42,005 nucleotides of DNA from a virus (lineage: Duplodnaviria; Caudoviricetes): the IMG/VR virus record IMGVR_UViG_3300037478_000272, positions 1 to 42,005 of that record. One strand, given 5' to 3'. The notes under the pieces are model-generated. The model was given only the letters and a program-made list of their open reading frames with translations, ran no database searches and had not been told where the DNA came from. Of this stretch, positions 34,013 to 41,929 are shown one piece after another (positions within the stretch are counted from its first letter, which is position 1; each line of letters starts with the position of its first letter). The translations under genes and the position numbers were made by a program.

Positions 34013-34626
34013 GGAAGCCTCCTGAACTCGACGGGCCATACCCACGGGTTATCATCCCACGAGCAGCCGGGGCGATTGCCGTTGAGGTGGTCCCAGTAGT
34101 ACGCAAAATCGTTGATGAACATTTCGCCCGGCGCCGAGTCTATCGGTTGTCGTGGCACGCCCTCCGCCTTCGCATCCGCCTCGCTGATGCACTGAAGCTT
34201 CTCGACCCGCACGCTCACGACTTCGAGGGTGATACGCGAGGCTCGGCGAGGCATGTGGATGGAGGGACGCCAACGTAAACCCGTTTGCTCATCATCCCAC
34301 CCAGAATCGGTAGCTCGATACAGAATCCCATCATCTTCGGGACATCCAGTGCCATCCGATTCTGGAGCCCACGCCTCCCTCACCCACAGCCGGTCGCCGG
34401 GCACTCCGAAGGGGCACGTCACACCGCGCGGGTGCGGCTCGCATCGACACCCACCAGTCGGCGAGGCATACGCCCATCCAGAGCTAACGTAATGGCATGA
34501 CCCAACGCCTTCCAGCGGGCAGTTGCGAATGACCCGGCGAGTCTGCGTCTTGCGCCCGTCGAGAATCGCTCGCACCATCGGCGCGCTGAAAGGAATGGGC
34601 CGCTCGCGGACCTTGGTGTTGGTCAT
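34009..34626 (-). CDS. ASCH/PUA-like domain phage protein
   Basis: ERPIPFSAPMVRAILDGRKTQTRR, CPFGVPGDRLWVRE, WRPSIHMPR, DAKAEGV, NPWVW. Confidence 0.8.
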   Translation of the reverse strand: MTNTKVRERPIPFSAPMVRAILDGRKTQTRRVIRNCPLEGVGSCHYVSSGWAYASPTGGCRCEPHPRGVTCPFGVPGDRLWVREAWAPESDGTGCPEDDGILYRATDSGWDDEQTGLRWRPSIHMPRRASRITLEVVSVRVEKLQCISEADAKAEGVPRQPIDSAPGEMFINDFAYYWDHLNGNRPGCSWDDNPWVWPVEFRRLP

Positions 34627-34910
34627 GGCGTGGCGTCCTTCGCGGCGGTCCAGGCGGCGAGGGCAGCGTGCGCCTCGTCGTAATCATCGAGCGCATTGAA
34701 GTTGCCACCGATGATCGCCGTCAAGTGATCCCCCGCCTCCACCAGCGGGGCGAAGTGACGCGTGATGATCTCGGCGTGTTCAGAAAGCGACTCATCATCC
34801 AACAGGAACTTACGGAATCTATCTGACACGGCCAAGACTTCCATCAGCTTCTTGATCCGCGATTCCGCAATCTCCCTCGCCGCCTTCTCTGCCGGGGTCA
34901 TGTCAGCCAT
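34623..34910 (-). CDS. Hypothetical protein
   Basis: MADMTPAEKAARE..., GGAG RBS. Confidence 0.5.
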   Translation of the reverse strand: MADMTPAEKAAREIAESRIKKLMEVLAVSDRFRKFLLDDESLSEHAEIITRHFAPLVEAGDHLTAIIGGNFNALDDYDEAHAALAAWTAAKDATP

Positions 34911-35193
34911 TGCGATTCTCCAGAAATGCACGCGCGGCCGCGACGAGGGGGGAGGGGTCAAGCTTGACCTCTGACATCGTCGCGCCGTGTAGAAGGGCGC
35001 GAAACGGCTGGGAACAATCAATGCCGGCATTCGCACGATCGACGCCGACGTGATTCCTCACAAGCCACGCCAGCCACCTGTCGGCGCGAATGATCGGATC
35101 GGTTTCGGCGCTGACCATGTGTGGCCATGAGCCAAGCGGGACCGCCGCCTCCAGCGCCGCCACCGCTTCGGACTCGGTCGTGATGTCAGGCAT
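34903..35193 (-). CDS. Hypothetical protein
   Basis: MPDITTESEAVAALE..., AGGAG RBS, TAATG coupling. Confidence 0.5.
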   Translation of the reverse strand: MPDITTESEAVAALEAAVPLGSWPHMVSAETDPIIRADRWLAWLVRNHVGVDRANAGIDCSQPFRALLHGATMSEVKLDPSPLVAAARAFLENRNG

Positions 35194-35411
35194 TACATCT
35201 CCTGTCGTGCAAGGAACTCGATCAGATGCTCGGGCCGGAACCGAATGTGCTTGCCGACCCGGCAACCGCCAAGTCGGCCATTCTTACGCAAGCGGTCGAT
35301 GGCCTCGGGCGCGAGCCGCAGGAACTCCGCGGCCTCGTCCTTGGTCATGACGGACGGGCAGGGCGTCCCGTCTGGCATGCGCGGCGTTGCTTGGGCTTGC
35401 TCCGGGGTCAT
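35193..35411 (-). CDS. Excisionase-like HTH_17 DNA-binding protein
   Basis: VMTKDEAAEFLRL...LRKNGRL...RVGKHIRF, 72 aa from ATG 35411. Confidence 0.8.
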   Translation of the reverse strand: MTPEQAQATPRMPDGTPCPSVMTKDEAAEFLRLAPEAIDRLRKNGRLGGCRVGKHIRFRPEHLIEFLARQEM

Positions 35412-36247
35412 CCGGCCCTCCTGAGCGGCGCGTTGTCGATGAGGGCCTGCACGTCGTCGTGACCGGCGCCGTCGTGCTTCCACTGGCGGATGTCCTTCAC
35501 GGGCGGGTAGATCACCTGGGTCCTGATCCAGTTGCTCGATAGCAGCTCGGCCAACTTCTCGGCGAACCGCACACCGTCGCCGCGCTTGTCGAACGCCTCG
35601 CCCACGACCACCGCCGCGCGGTCCTCGCGCCTGAACCATTCGAGCACGTACCCGAACCCGGCCTGCGCGCACGGGCGCCCGATGGCGGCGTAGCCCAGGT
35701 CCAGGCACGCGGCGGTGTCGGTCGGGCCCTCGGGGATGAGCACAGGACCATCGGGCATAGCGGCGGGCAGGAAGATGCCGTTGCGAGAGCCCTTGACGGC
35801 CCACTTGAAACCGGACGGGCGGCGGAGACGGATGCCGATGTAGCACCCGTCGGCGTCGCTCATGGGGAATGCGGCGGCGTCGTGGCCCCGATTCCATCTC
35901 GTACCGAGGGCGAGCAGTGATTCCCACGAAACGCCAATATCTTGACCAATCCAAGCGCACGCCTCTGACGCATACAGCATGAGTTCCAGGGCCGACCCGA
36001 CATCCAGCTTCACTTCCGGCTCTCGCGCCGGCATCCGCCTGACGTACTGCCTCACGTCCTCGCGCAGGACATGAACATAGCCCAGGAAGTTGCCGGCCTT
36101 CGACCACCACTCGCGTGCGCAGCCCTCCCACACGCGCGGGCAAACCGCCTGGGTGCCGTCGCGCTTGATGAGGCACCAGTCCGGCCCGTCGCAGATCGGG
36201 CAGCGCTGGCGGCGTGTGACTCGTGCGTAGTCGGTGGGGAGGGGCAT
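35408..36247 (-). CDS. DNA primase-like protein (Zn finger + TOPRIM)
   Basis: CPICDGPDWC...C zinc finger, FPMSDADG, LIPEGPTDTAA, KDIRQW. Confidence 0.75.
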   Translation of the reverse strand: MPLPTDYARVTRRQRCPICDGPDWCLIKRDGTQAVCPRVWEGCAREWWSKAGNFLGYVHVLREDVRQYVRRMPAREPEVKLDVGSALELMLYASEACAWIGQDIGVSWESLLALGTRWNRGHDAAAFPMSDADGCYIGIRLRRPSGFKWAVKGSRNGIFLPAAMPDGPVLIPEGPTDTAACLDLGYAAIGRPCAQAGFGYVLEWFRREDRAAVVVGEAFDKRGDGVRFAEKLAELLSSNWIRTQVIYPPVKDIRQWKHDGAGHDDVQALIDNAPLRRAG

Positions 36248-36747
36248 TAGCCAGCCTTCGACTTCCGTTGTGCGCCGCCCTTCTCCGTCACCTTGCGCAT
36301 CGCATCGAACACGGGCCGGTACTTCGCCATGCTGGCGAACGTCGAGTATCGAGCCTGCATCGAGGCCAGCTCCTTGAGCATCGTGGCCTCCATGCGCTTG
36401 GTCATCTCGCCGTCCGAGAGAACCGACATCACGGGCCGATAGCCGGTGCCGTCGACCCGATCGCCGTCGAGGCTCGTGAAGGCCCGAACCCTGAACACGT
36501 CGCCCGCGCCGTCGGGAATCATGATCTTCACCGACATGATGAGGCGGCGAGCGCAGATCAACGGGTACTCGCGTAGCGCCGTCTCACGATCGAACGCACC
36601 GACCGCGTCGAGCCGCCTGCGGATCTCGCTGTCCTTGTTGGCCTTCGCGTACTCAACCACATCGGACGGTTTGATGAGCCCGTCGTTCTCGTCACAGAGC
36701 CGGTGAAGCTCCTTCTTGACACTGTCCACTACCTTTGCCTTTGCCAT
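36247..36747 (-). CDS. Accessory protein downstream of the repeat array (putative partner of the RAMP-like gene)
   Basis: 166 aa, AAGGAG RBS right after the array. GLIKPSDVVEYA...ARRLIMSV...VRAFTSL...GYRP...ELASMQARY. Confidence 0.7.
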   Translation of the reverse strand: MAKAKVVDSVKKELHRLCDENDGLIKPSDVVEYAKANKDSEIRRRLDAVGAFDRETALREYPLICARRLIMSVKIMIPDGAGDVFRVRAFTSLDGDRVDGTGYRPVMSVLSDGEMTKRMEATMLKELASMQARYSTFASMAKYRPVFDAMRKVTEKGGAQRKSKAG

Positions 36748-36773
36748 CTAAGAACTCCTTGTTTGTGTGAAAT

Positions 36774-37215
36774 GCCTGCCTTGCCCGGCCGCGCCATGCC
36801 ATACCCGGCCTCGCCATGCCTGCCGCGCCGGACCTCGCCTGGCCTCGCCGTGCCATGCCAAGCCAAGCCTGCCCAGCCCCGACACACCATGCCCGGCCGT
36901 GCCGTGCCTGCCCAGCCCGGCCCGGCCGCGCCCCACCTTGCCTTGCCTGCCATGCCCAGCCGCACCGCGACACGCCACGCCCAGCCTTGGCTCGCCTGCC
37001 GTGACAGGCCGTTCCTCGGCTCGTCCCGCCGAGCCATGCCTGCCGTACCGCGACTCGCCGCGCCAAGCCGTGCCATACCTTGCCTGCCATGCCAATCCAC
37101 TCCATGTCGAGTCGGGCCTTGCCTTGCCTGCCTTGCCAGCCCAAGCCTCGCCTGCCACGCCCAGCCAGTCCTCGCCATGCCTCGCCCGGCCCGGCCCGGC
37201 CCAGCCTGCCATGCC
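36774..37215 (-). repeat. Phased NN-GGY pentamer array with GGCAGGC delimiters; putative guide-RNA array
   Basis: 11 copies of GCCTGCC (plus strand) start at 36774, 36818, 36867, 36906, 36945, 36994, 37038, 37082, 37126, 37150 and 37204. Spacings are 44, 49, 39, 39, 49, 44, 44, 44, 24, 54 (all 5n+4). Between them, variable dinucleotides alternate with GGC/GGT triplets. Confidence 0.9.
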
Positions 37216-37222
37216 ACTTGCA

Positions 37223-37921
37223 TCATGAGACCTTGATGTCAAAGAGACCCCAGCCCTGACCGTTGCTCTGCTTCGAGAACGGACGGCCCTCGCCGATCCC
37301 GACCTGCAAACCGGCGCGCTGGAGCAGATTCGTAACGTCCTCGATCGTGAACTGATCGGCGTCCCAGCGAATCGTCACCTTCGCCGACCACTTGCGCCAC
37401 ATCGGGCGCACCCGAATGTCGATCACGCCCGTAGAGAGGCGAACCGCCGACTCAATCGGCTCGGGCTTGCCGATCAGCTTGACCATCGGCGTTCCGTCGT
37501 CCGCATCGAACCCGTCGGCCACGACGAACACCGACATCTTCGCCATCGTCATCTTCGCGCCGGTGAGTCGGCACGCATCGATCATCGCGCATCGGAACGC
37601 CGGGGCCGGAATCCCGTGCCATCCCTCCTCGCTGATGTGCATCGCCCCCTTGTAGGCGGCGTCGAAGTCCTTGGGGGCACGCTTGCGGCCCGTATTCTTC
37701 GCGGCCTGACCGGCTTCCTGCGTCTCCTTCATGAGCTTCCGAGCCTTCTCGGAAAACTTGTGCTGCACGTATGGCGACTGGCCCACGATCTCGAACACGG
37801 CCATCTGGAACTTCGGCGCGCTGATCGCGACGCTGGCAGGCTTCATCTCCTTGACCCTGGGCGCCTCGCCGTTGTCGAGTTGCTCAGAAATGCGGGACCG
37901 AGACTTCGTTGCTGACTTCAT
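37223..37921 (-). CDS. Stand-alone Cas7/RAMP-like protein
   Basis: 232 aa. N-terminal strand FEIVGQSPYVQH, GIPAPAFRCAMIDA (like the RAMP IPGSSLKG helix), RPMWRKWSAKVTIRWD, and a C-terminal Gly-rich loop AGLQVGIGEGRP...GQGWGLF. AGGAG RBS. Confidence 0.75.
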   Translation of the reverse strand: MKSATKSRSRISEQLDNGEAPRVKEMKPASVAISAPKFQMAVFEIVGQSPYVQHKFSEKARKLMKETQEAGQAAKNTGRKRAPKDFDAAYKGAMHISEEGWHGIPAPAFRCAMIDACRLTGAKMTMAKMSVFVVADGFDADDGTPMVKLIGKPEPIESAVRLSTGVIDIRVRPMWRKWSAKVTIRWDADQFTIEDVTNLLQRAGLQVGIGEGRPFSKQSNGQGWGLFDIKVS

Positions 37922-37946
37922 TGCGATTCTCCTGTTCTATTTGGTT

Positions 37947-39578
37947 TCACGCCCCGACCTCCTCGGGCTTCTTCCACCCGTTGGCCTTCAGTTCGCCGAT
38001 GTGCCTGTTCGCCTCGGAAAATGTCATGTTCTCGGTCTTGTATCCGTGCTGTCTCAATTTCCTGACTTGCTTGTATGTCGCCAGCCCAGCCTTGCGGCGC
38101 CGGATGATCTCTGTGATGAGCTGTCCCACCTGAGCGCGAGACATGCCCTCGGTGCTAATACCAGCCTTCCCACAGAACGCGACCTGCTTCTCGGTCGGGT
38201 GCTTGCCCACGTCCCATTTGCGCTCGCGCTGCACCGGCAGGTCGAACACGTTGAACGGGTCGACCGCGTAGGTCTGGTAGTCCACCTTGCCCTTGACGTG
38301 GCGGCGCCTCGCCGCTTCGTCGGCGTCTCGCTTCTTACGGGCCCTGATCTCGCGCTCGGCGTCGTCGAGCGCCTCGGTGACGTTGCGGCCCGGCGCCGAC
38401 GCGGCCTTGCGCTGGGCGAGTTCCACCACCTCGTCCTCGTAGTTGCCGCCCAGGATGTCGCAGGCGGTCATGAGCTTGTGCTGCCCTGAGTTGCCCACGA
38501 AGTCCAGCACTTCCAGGTAGGGCTTGCGGCTGGCGCGAATCTTCTCGACCCGCTCGGACTCGACAGCGATGTCCTCGACCAGACCTGGCAGCGGGCGCGT
38601 GCCCCGGCCCACCATCTGCGCGTACTTGGCGCGGCTCTTGGTGGGCCGGCACATGCAGACCAGCTCGATGAGCGGCTCGTCGAACCCCTCCGTGAACACG
38701 TCGACGTTCACCAGGAACTGGAACGCGCGGGTGCGGAACGCGAGCAGGGTTTCGGATCGCTCGGTCTTGTCGGTGGCGCCGCAGATCCAGCGGGCCTTGC
38801 CGGGCCGGTGCCGGTTGATGATCTCGGCGAGCATCTCGGCCTGCGCGACGCTCTTGGTGAACACCAGCGTCTGGCGCCACTTGGCGAGTTCGATGATCGG
38901 CCCGGCCATCTCGTGCAGGACCTTCTCGTGCTCGAGCACCTCGGCGAGTTGCTTGCCGTTCAGGTCGCCCGCGATGGTCCCGACGCCCGAGAAGTCCAGA
39001 TCGCGCACGTGTACGCAGGTCTGGTGCACGTCGACCAGCCAGCCGTGGTCGATGCCGAACCGCATGTCGTAGTCGAACGCGACGGAGCCGTAGACCCGGG
39101 CGAGCGCGGCCTCGTCGAGCCGGTCGGGCGTGGCCGTGACGCCCAGGTGGGGCACGTCCTTGAAGTGGTCGTAGATGCGTCCGTAGGTGGCCGCGACGGC
39201 GTGGTGGGCCTCGTCGGTGACGAGCAGCGCGAAGTCGGCCGGATCGTACTTGCGGAGCCGGTTGATGAGCGTGTCCTTGCTCGCGACTACGCACGGGGCG
39301 CAGTGATACATGTGCGTGTCGGCGACCTCGGCGGCCATCTCGATCTCGACCTTGTCGCCCGTGATGGCCTCGATCTTGTCGGCCGCCTGACGCACCAGTT
39401 CCTCGCGGTGGGCGATCACCATGACACGGCCGCGATCGGCCGTGCGGTGCGCGACGTGCGCGAAGATGACCGTCTTGCCGAGTCCGGTGGCAGCTACGCC
39501 GAGCGTGGATGAGCCGCGCTGGGCGAGCTGCTCCATGACGGAATCGACGGCGGCGAGCTGGTAGTCGCGGAGGATCAA
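37947..39578 (-). CDS. Superfamily 2 (DEAD/DEAH, ResIII/Irc3-like) helicase
   Basis: LRDYQ (Q motif), AATGLGKT, DEAHH, VTATP, TEGFD, QMVGRGTR. TTG start. Confidence 0.92.
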   Translation of the reverse strand: MILRDYQLAAVDSVMEQLAQRGSSTLGVAATGLGKTVIFAHVAHRTADRGRVMVIAHREELVRQAADKIEAITGDKVEIEMAAEVADTHMYHCAPCVVASKDTLINRLRKYDPADFALLVTDEAHHAVAATYGRIYDHFKDVPHLGVTATPDRLDEAALARVYGSVAFDYDMRFGIDHGWLVDVHQTCVHVRDLDFSGVGTIAGDLNGKQLAEVLEHEKVLHEMAGPIIELAKWRQTLVFTKSVAQAEMLAEIINRHRPGKARWICGATDKTERSETLLAFRTRAFQFLVNVDVFTEGFDEPLIELVCMCRPTKSRAKYAQMVGRGTRPLPGLVEDIAVESERVEKIRASRKPYLEVLDFVGNSGQHKLMTACDILGGNYEDEVVELAQRKAASAPGRNVTEALDDAEREIRARKKRDADEAARRRHVKGKVDYQTYAVDPFNVFDLPVQRERKWDVGKHPTEKQVAFCGKAGISTEGMSRAQVGQLITEIIRRRKAGLATYKQVRKLRQHGYKTENMTFSEANRHIGELKANGWKKPEEVGA

Positions 39579-39796
39579 ATCTGGTTCTCAATGTCGTGCA
39601 ATGCGGTTCTAATCTCGCTAATCGCTCCTCCAATCACGAGACTCGCTTTACTGGCAAGATGCTTGCTCTTCACCATCAGCGGCCAAACCGCTTCAGCAGC
39701 TTCCCGCGTCGCGCGGTCGTTCGGGAACGCGATGTAGGGCGCGCGCGGATCGTCGCAGTCGGCCCATTCCCTCAGCGCCTCAAGATCGATCGTCAT
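39575..39796 (-). CDS. Hypothetical protein
   Basis: MTIDLEALREWAD..., 73 aa, ATGA overlap with the upstream stop. Confidence 0.5.
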   Translation of the reverse strand: MTIDLEALREWADCDDPRAPYIAFPNDRATREAAEAVWPLMVKSKHLASKASLVIGGAISEIRTALHDIENQI

Positions 39797-40749
39797 GCCG
39801 CGTTTCCTTTCTTTTTCGCCGTCTTGTGCGCGCGCTTCGTCACCCAGCCCGAGCCTTTGCAGGCTTTGCAGTTGTTGTGCTCGCAGTTCGGCCAGTACGG
39901 ACACGCGCCGAACGGCTGCTCCATGTCAAGGGTCTTCTTGGCGTTCCGGATCGATTCCTCAAAGGTCGAGATCGTGAACCGCGCCCACCTGGGCGAGCCC
40001 GCCTTGACGAGCGCGTTGACCTGGCGCTGGATGCCCTCGAGCCGCTGGTAGAACTCGAGGAACTCGACCTGGGCAGCGAGCTGGTCCGCTGCCTCGCGGG
40101 TCCTGATCGTGACACCGTGCAGGTCGACGCCGTAGGTGCCGTCCGGGCCCGGCTTGGTGCGGGTGGGGGTGGGTGGTCTCTTCTTCGCCTTGGCGTCCTT
40201 CTCAGCCCGGTTGAGGCTCTTCTCGCCCTTGGCGACCTTCTCGGCCTCGTCGGGGTCGTCCTCGGCGAGCTTCTTCGCCTTGGCGACGGAGCTTCCCGAC
40301 ACACCGAGTTGAGCACCGGCACGGTGCGCGGCCTTGCCATCGTCCCGGGTAGGATAAATTTGTCCTACCCGGTCCTTGCCGCCTCCAGCGGCCATTCGTT
40401 GCCGCGCAAGCTCGGCCTCGATCTCGAGCAGCTTCTGGGCCACCATTGCCCGCTGGCCCTTGGTGAGATCGCGCCGATGACGGTTCATGCTCATGACGAA
40501 CTGGCCGGGGGTCTGCCCCTCGTAGGCCGGAGCCCATTCGACGGATGGGCAACCGGCCCCGGCCTGACGAGCCGCCCGGTGTCGGTGGCGCCCGTCGAGG
40601 ATCTTGTCCTCGTGCATCACGATGGGCACCAGGACACCGTGCTCGGCGACATCGTCGACGAGCGCCTGGTACTCGTCCCGCGGCATATCGGGGAACGCCA
40701 GCGCGAGCGGGTGCGGGTCCAGGTCGGTGATGATCGTCTCGGTGGCCAT
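39793..40749 (-). CDS. ParB/Srx N-terminal domain protein with HTH and a C-terminal Cys cluster
   Basis: HPLALAFP...VLVPIV...ILDGRHRHRAA, NRHRRDLTKGQRA, AGAQLGVSGSSV, CPY...C...CKACKGSGW. Confidence 0.85.
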   Translation of the reverse strand: MATETIITDLDPHPLALAFPDMPRDEYQALVDDVAEHGVLVPIVMHEDKILDGRHRHRAARQAGAGCPSVEWAPAYEGQTPGQFVMSMNRHRRDLTKGQRAMVAQKLLEIEAELARQRMAAGGGKDRVGQIYPTRDDGKAAHRAGAQLGVSGSSVAKAKKLAEDDPDEAEKVAKGEKSLNRAEKDAKAKKRPPTPTRTKPGPDGTYGVDLHGVTIRTREAADQLAAQVEFLEFYQRLEGIQRQVNALVKAGSPRWARFTISTFEESIRNAKKTLDMEQPFGACPYWPNCEHNNCKACKGSGWVTKRAHKTAKKKGNAA

Positions 40750-41420
40750 CAGCGACCCTCACCAGGAGGGCAGGCACGCGCGATCTCGTTCCAGTCGGCC
40801 TCGGTGAACTGGTCCTCCGGGATGTTGCGGGTGTGCTCGTGGACGTCCAAGGCGTTGTTGAACGCCTCGGCGTCGCCGACGCCATGGTCCATCCACCACT
40901 CCCACGCCTCGTTCTTGCTTTTGACGAGGTTGAGTTCGACACGCTCTGGAGCGGCGCCCCACCTGCGCAGCGGTCGCTGCGGCGCCGACATGGACGGGGC
41001 AGTCTGGGCGGTCTGCGCCGCCGGTGCCGACTTGGGCGGGGCGGCCTGGGTGGTCGGCGCCGGCGGCGCACCGCGCGGCCCGCGCGGCTTGCGGACCCGG
41101 ATGCCGCCGACGAGCTTGCCGCCGAACTGGATGGTGGGGTCCTTGTAGAGTTCGATGACCGTGCCGGCCCATTGCTCGTCATCGGCGTCCGCGGGATCTT
41201 CGCCCCGGACCCCGAATGCGATCTGGTCCCACACGGTCGGGCCGGCGACCAGCAGCCGGTGGTCCTCGACGAAAGAGAAGACTCGCTTCTGGGTGGTCTT
41301 GCCGTCCTGCTCGAAGTCGCGCCACTTCATGCCCTCGATGGTCAGCACCAGTCCGGCGCCGACGTCGTCCTGCTTGAAGAACTCTCCATTGCCCGATGAG
41401 ATATCGCTGCGTCTGGCCAT
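40749..41420 (-). CDS. Conserved phage protein, putative OB-fold ssDNA-binding/recombination protein
   Basis: AGGAG RBS and ATG at 41420: FFKQDDV...LTI...WAGTVIELYKDPTIQFGGKLVGGIRV, then a Pro/Ala linker. Confidence 0.6.
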   Translation of the reverse strand: MARRSDISSGNGEFFKQDDVGAGLVLTIEGMKWRDFEQDGKTTQKRVFSFVEDHRLLVAGPTVWDQIAFGVRGEDPADADDEQWAGTVIELYKDPTIQFGGKLVGGIRVRKPRGPRGAPPAPTTQAAPPKSAPAAQTAQTAPSMSAPQRPLRRWGAAPERVELNLVKSKNEAWEWWMDHGVGDAEAFNNALDVHEHTRNIPEDQFTEADWNEIARACPPGEGR

Positions 41421-41422
41421 TG

Positions 41423-41605
41423 CTACTCCTGTTCGATCGTCATGCGGCACTTCACCGCGACCACTTCGTACTTCGTCCCCGGCGTTCCGGACTTCTTGAT
41501 CCACTTGCGGGCCTTGTCGGTGCTCGGGAACGTATCGATCGTTTTGCTGTCGGTCCTGACCTGCACCTCGCCGCCCCGGCCGTAGTCCTCGATCGTGATC
41601 TTCAT
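41423..41605 (-). CDS. Hypothetical small protein
   Basis: AAGGA RBS, MKITIEDYGRGGEV..., 60 aa. Confidence 0.5.
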   Translation of the reverse strand: MKITIEDYGRGGEVQVRTDSKTIDTFPSTDKARKWIKKSGTPGTKYEVVAVKCRMTIEQE

Positions 41606-41839
41606 GCGTGAGTGTCCTTTCCTGATGTCGTTTCGCGTCGCCATCCAGTTGTCTCGCTATGAACAGGAGTGCTTCGACCTGGTGCTCGTCCTCGGACTCG
41701 TCGGCCATCGCGCGCAGCTCGAACGCCATGCCAGCCCTCTCGTCGCCCCCGACCGCAACGGCGTGGCGGCCGGCGCGCACGAGGCGCCTGATGTTGAGAT
41801 CGTGGTGGCGTGCTGCTCGAAGTGACTTGAACATGGGTG

Positions 41840-41929
41840 TCAGCTCGCTGCATTGATGACGCCCGCCACGATCAGCACCCACACCGCCAGCGACAGCGCC
41901 GCAAACGCGAGGAGCGCGTCCCTGCGCAC
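41840..41929 (-). CDS. Small single-TM peptide
   Basis: Manual translation (M)RRDALLAFAALSLAVWVLIVAGVINAAS*, 29 aa, below the ORF-track cutoff. Confidence 0.4.
   Translation of the reverse strand: MRRDALLAFAALSLAVWVLIVAGVINAAS

Noticed and set aside
36774-37215. Conventional CRISPR array or simple microsatellite
   Set aside because: There is no 23-50-bp direct repeat with unique spacers, and the constant part is only 3-7 nt. The variable positions are too diverse and too strictly phased for slippage.
36692-37242. Several overlapping 150-177-aa ORFs on both strands across the repeat array (Gly/Arg/Ala/Trp- or Pro/Cys-rich)
   Set aside because: They arise because the GGC-NN pentamer rarely forms stops. 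A 5-nt period is not codon-compatible and none has a convincing RBS.
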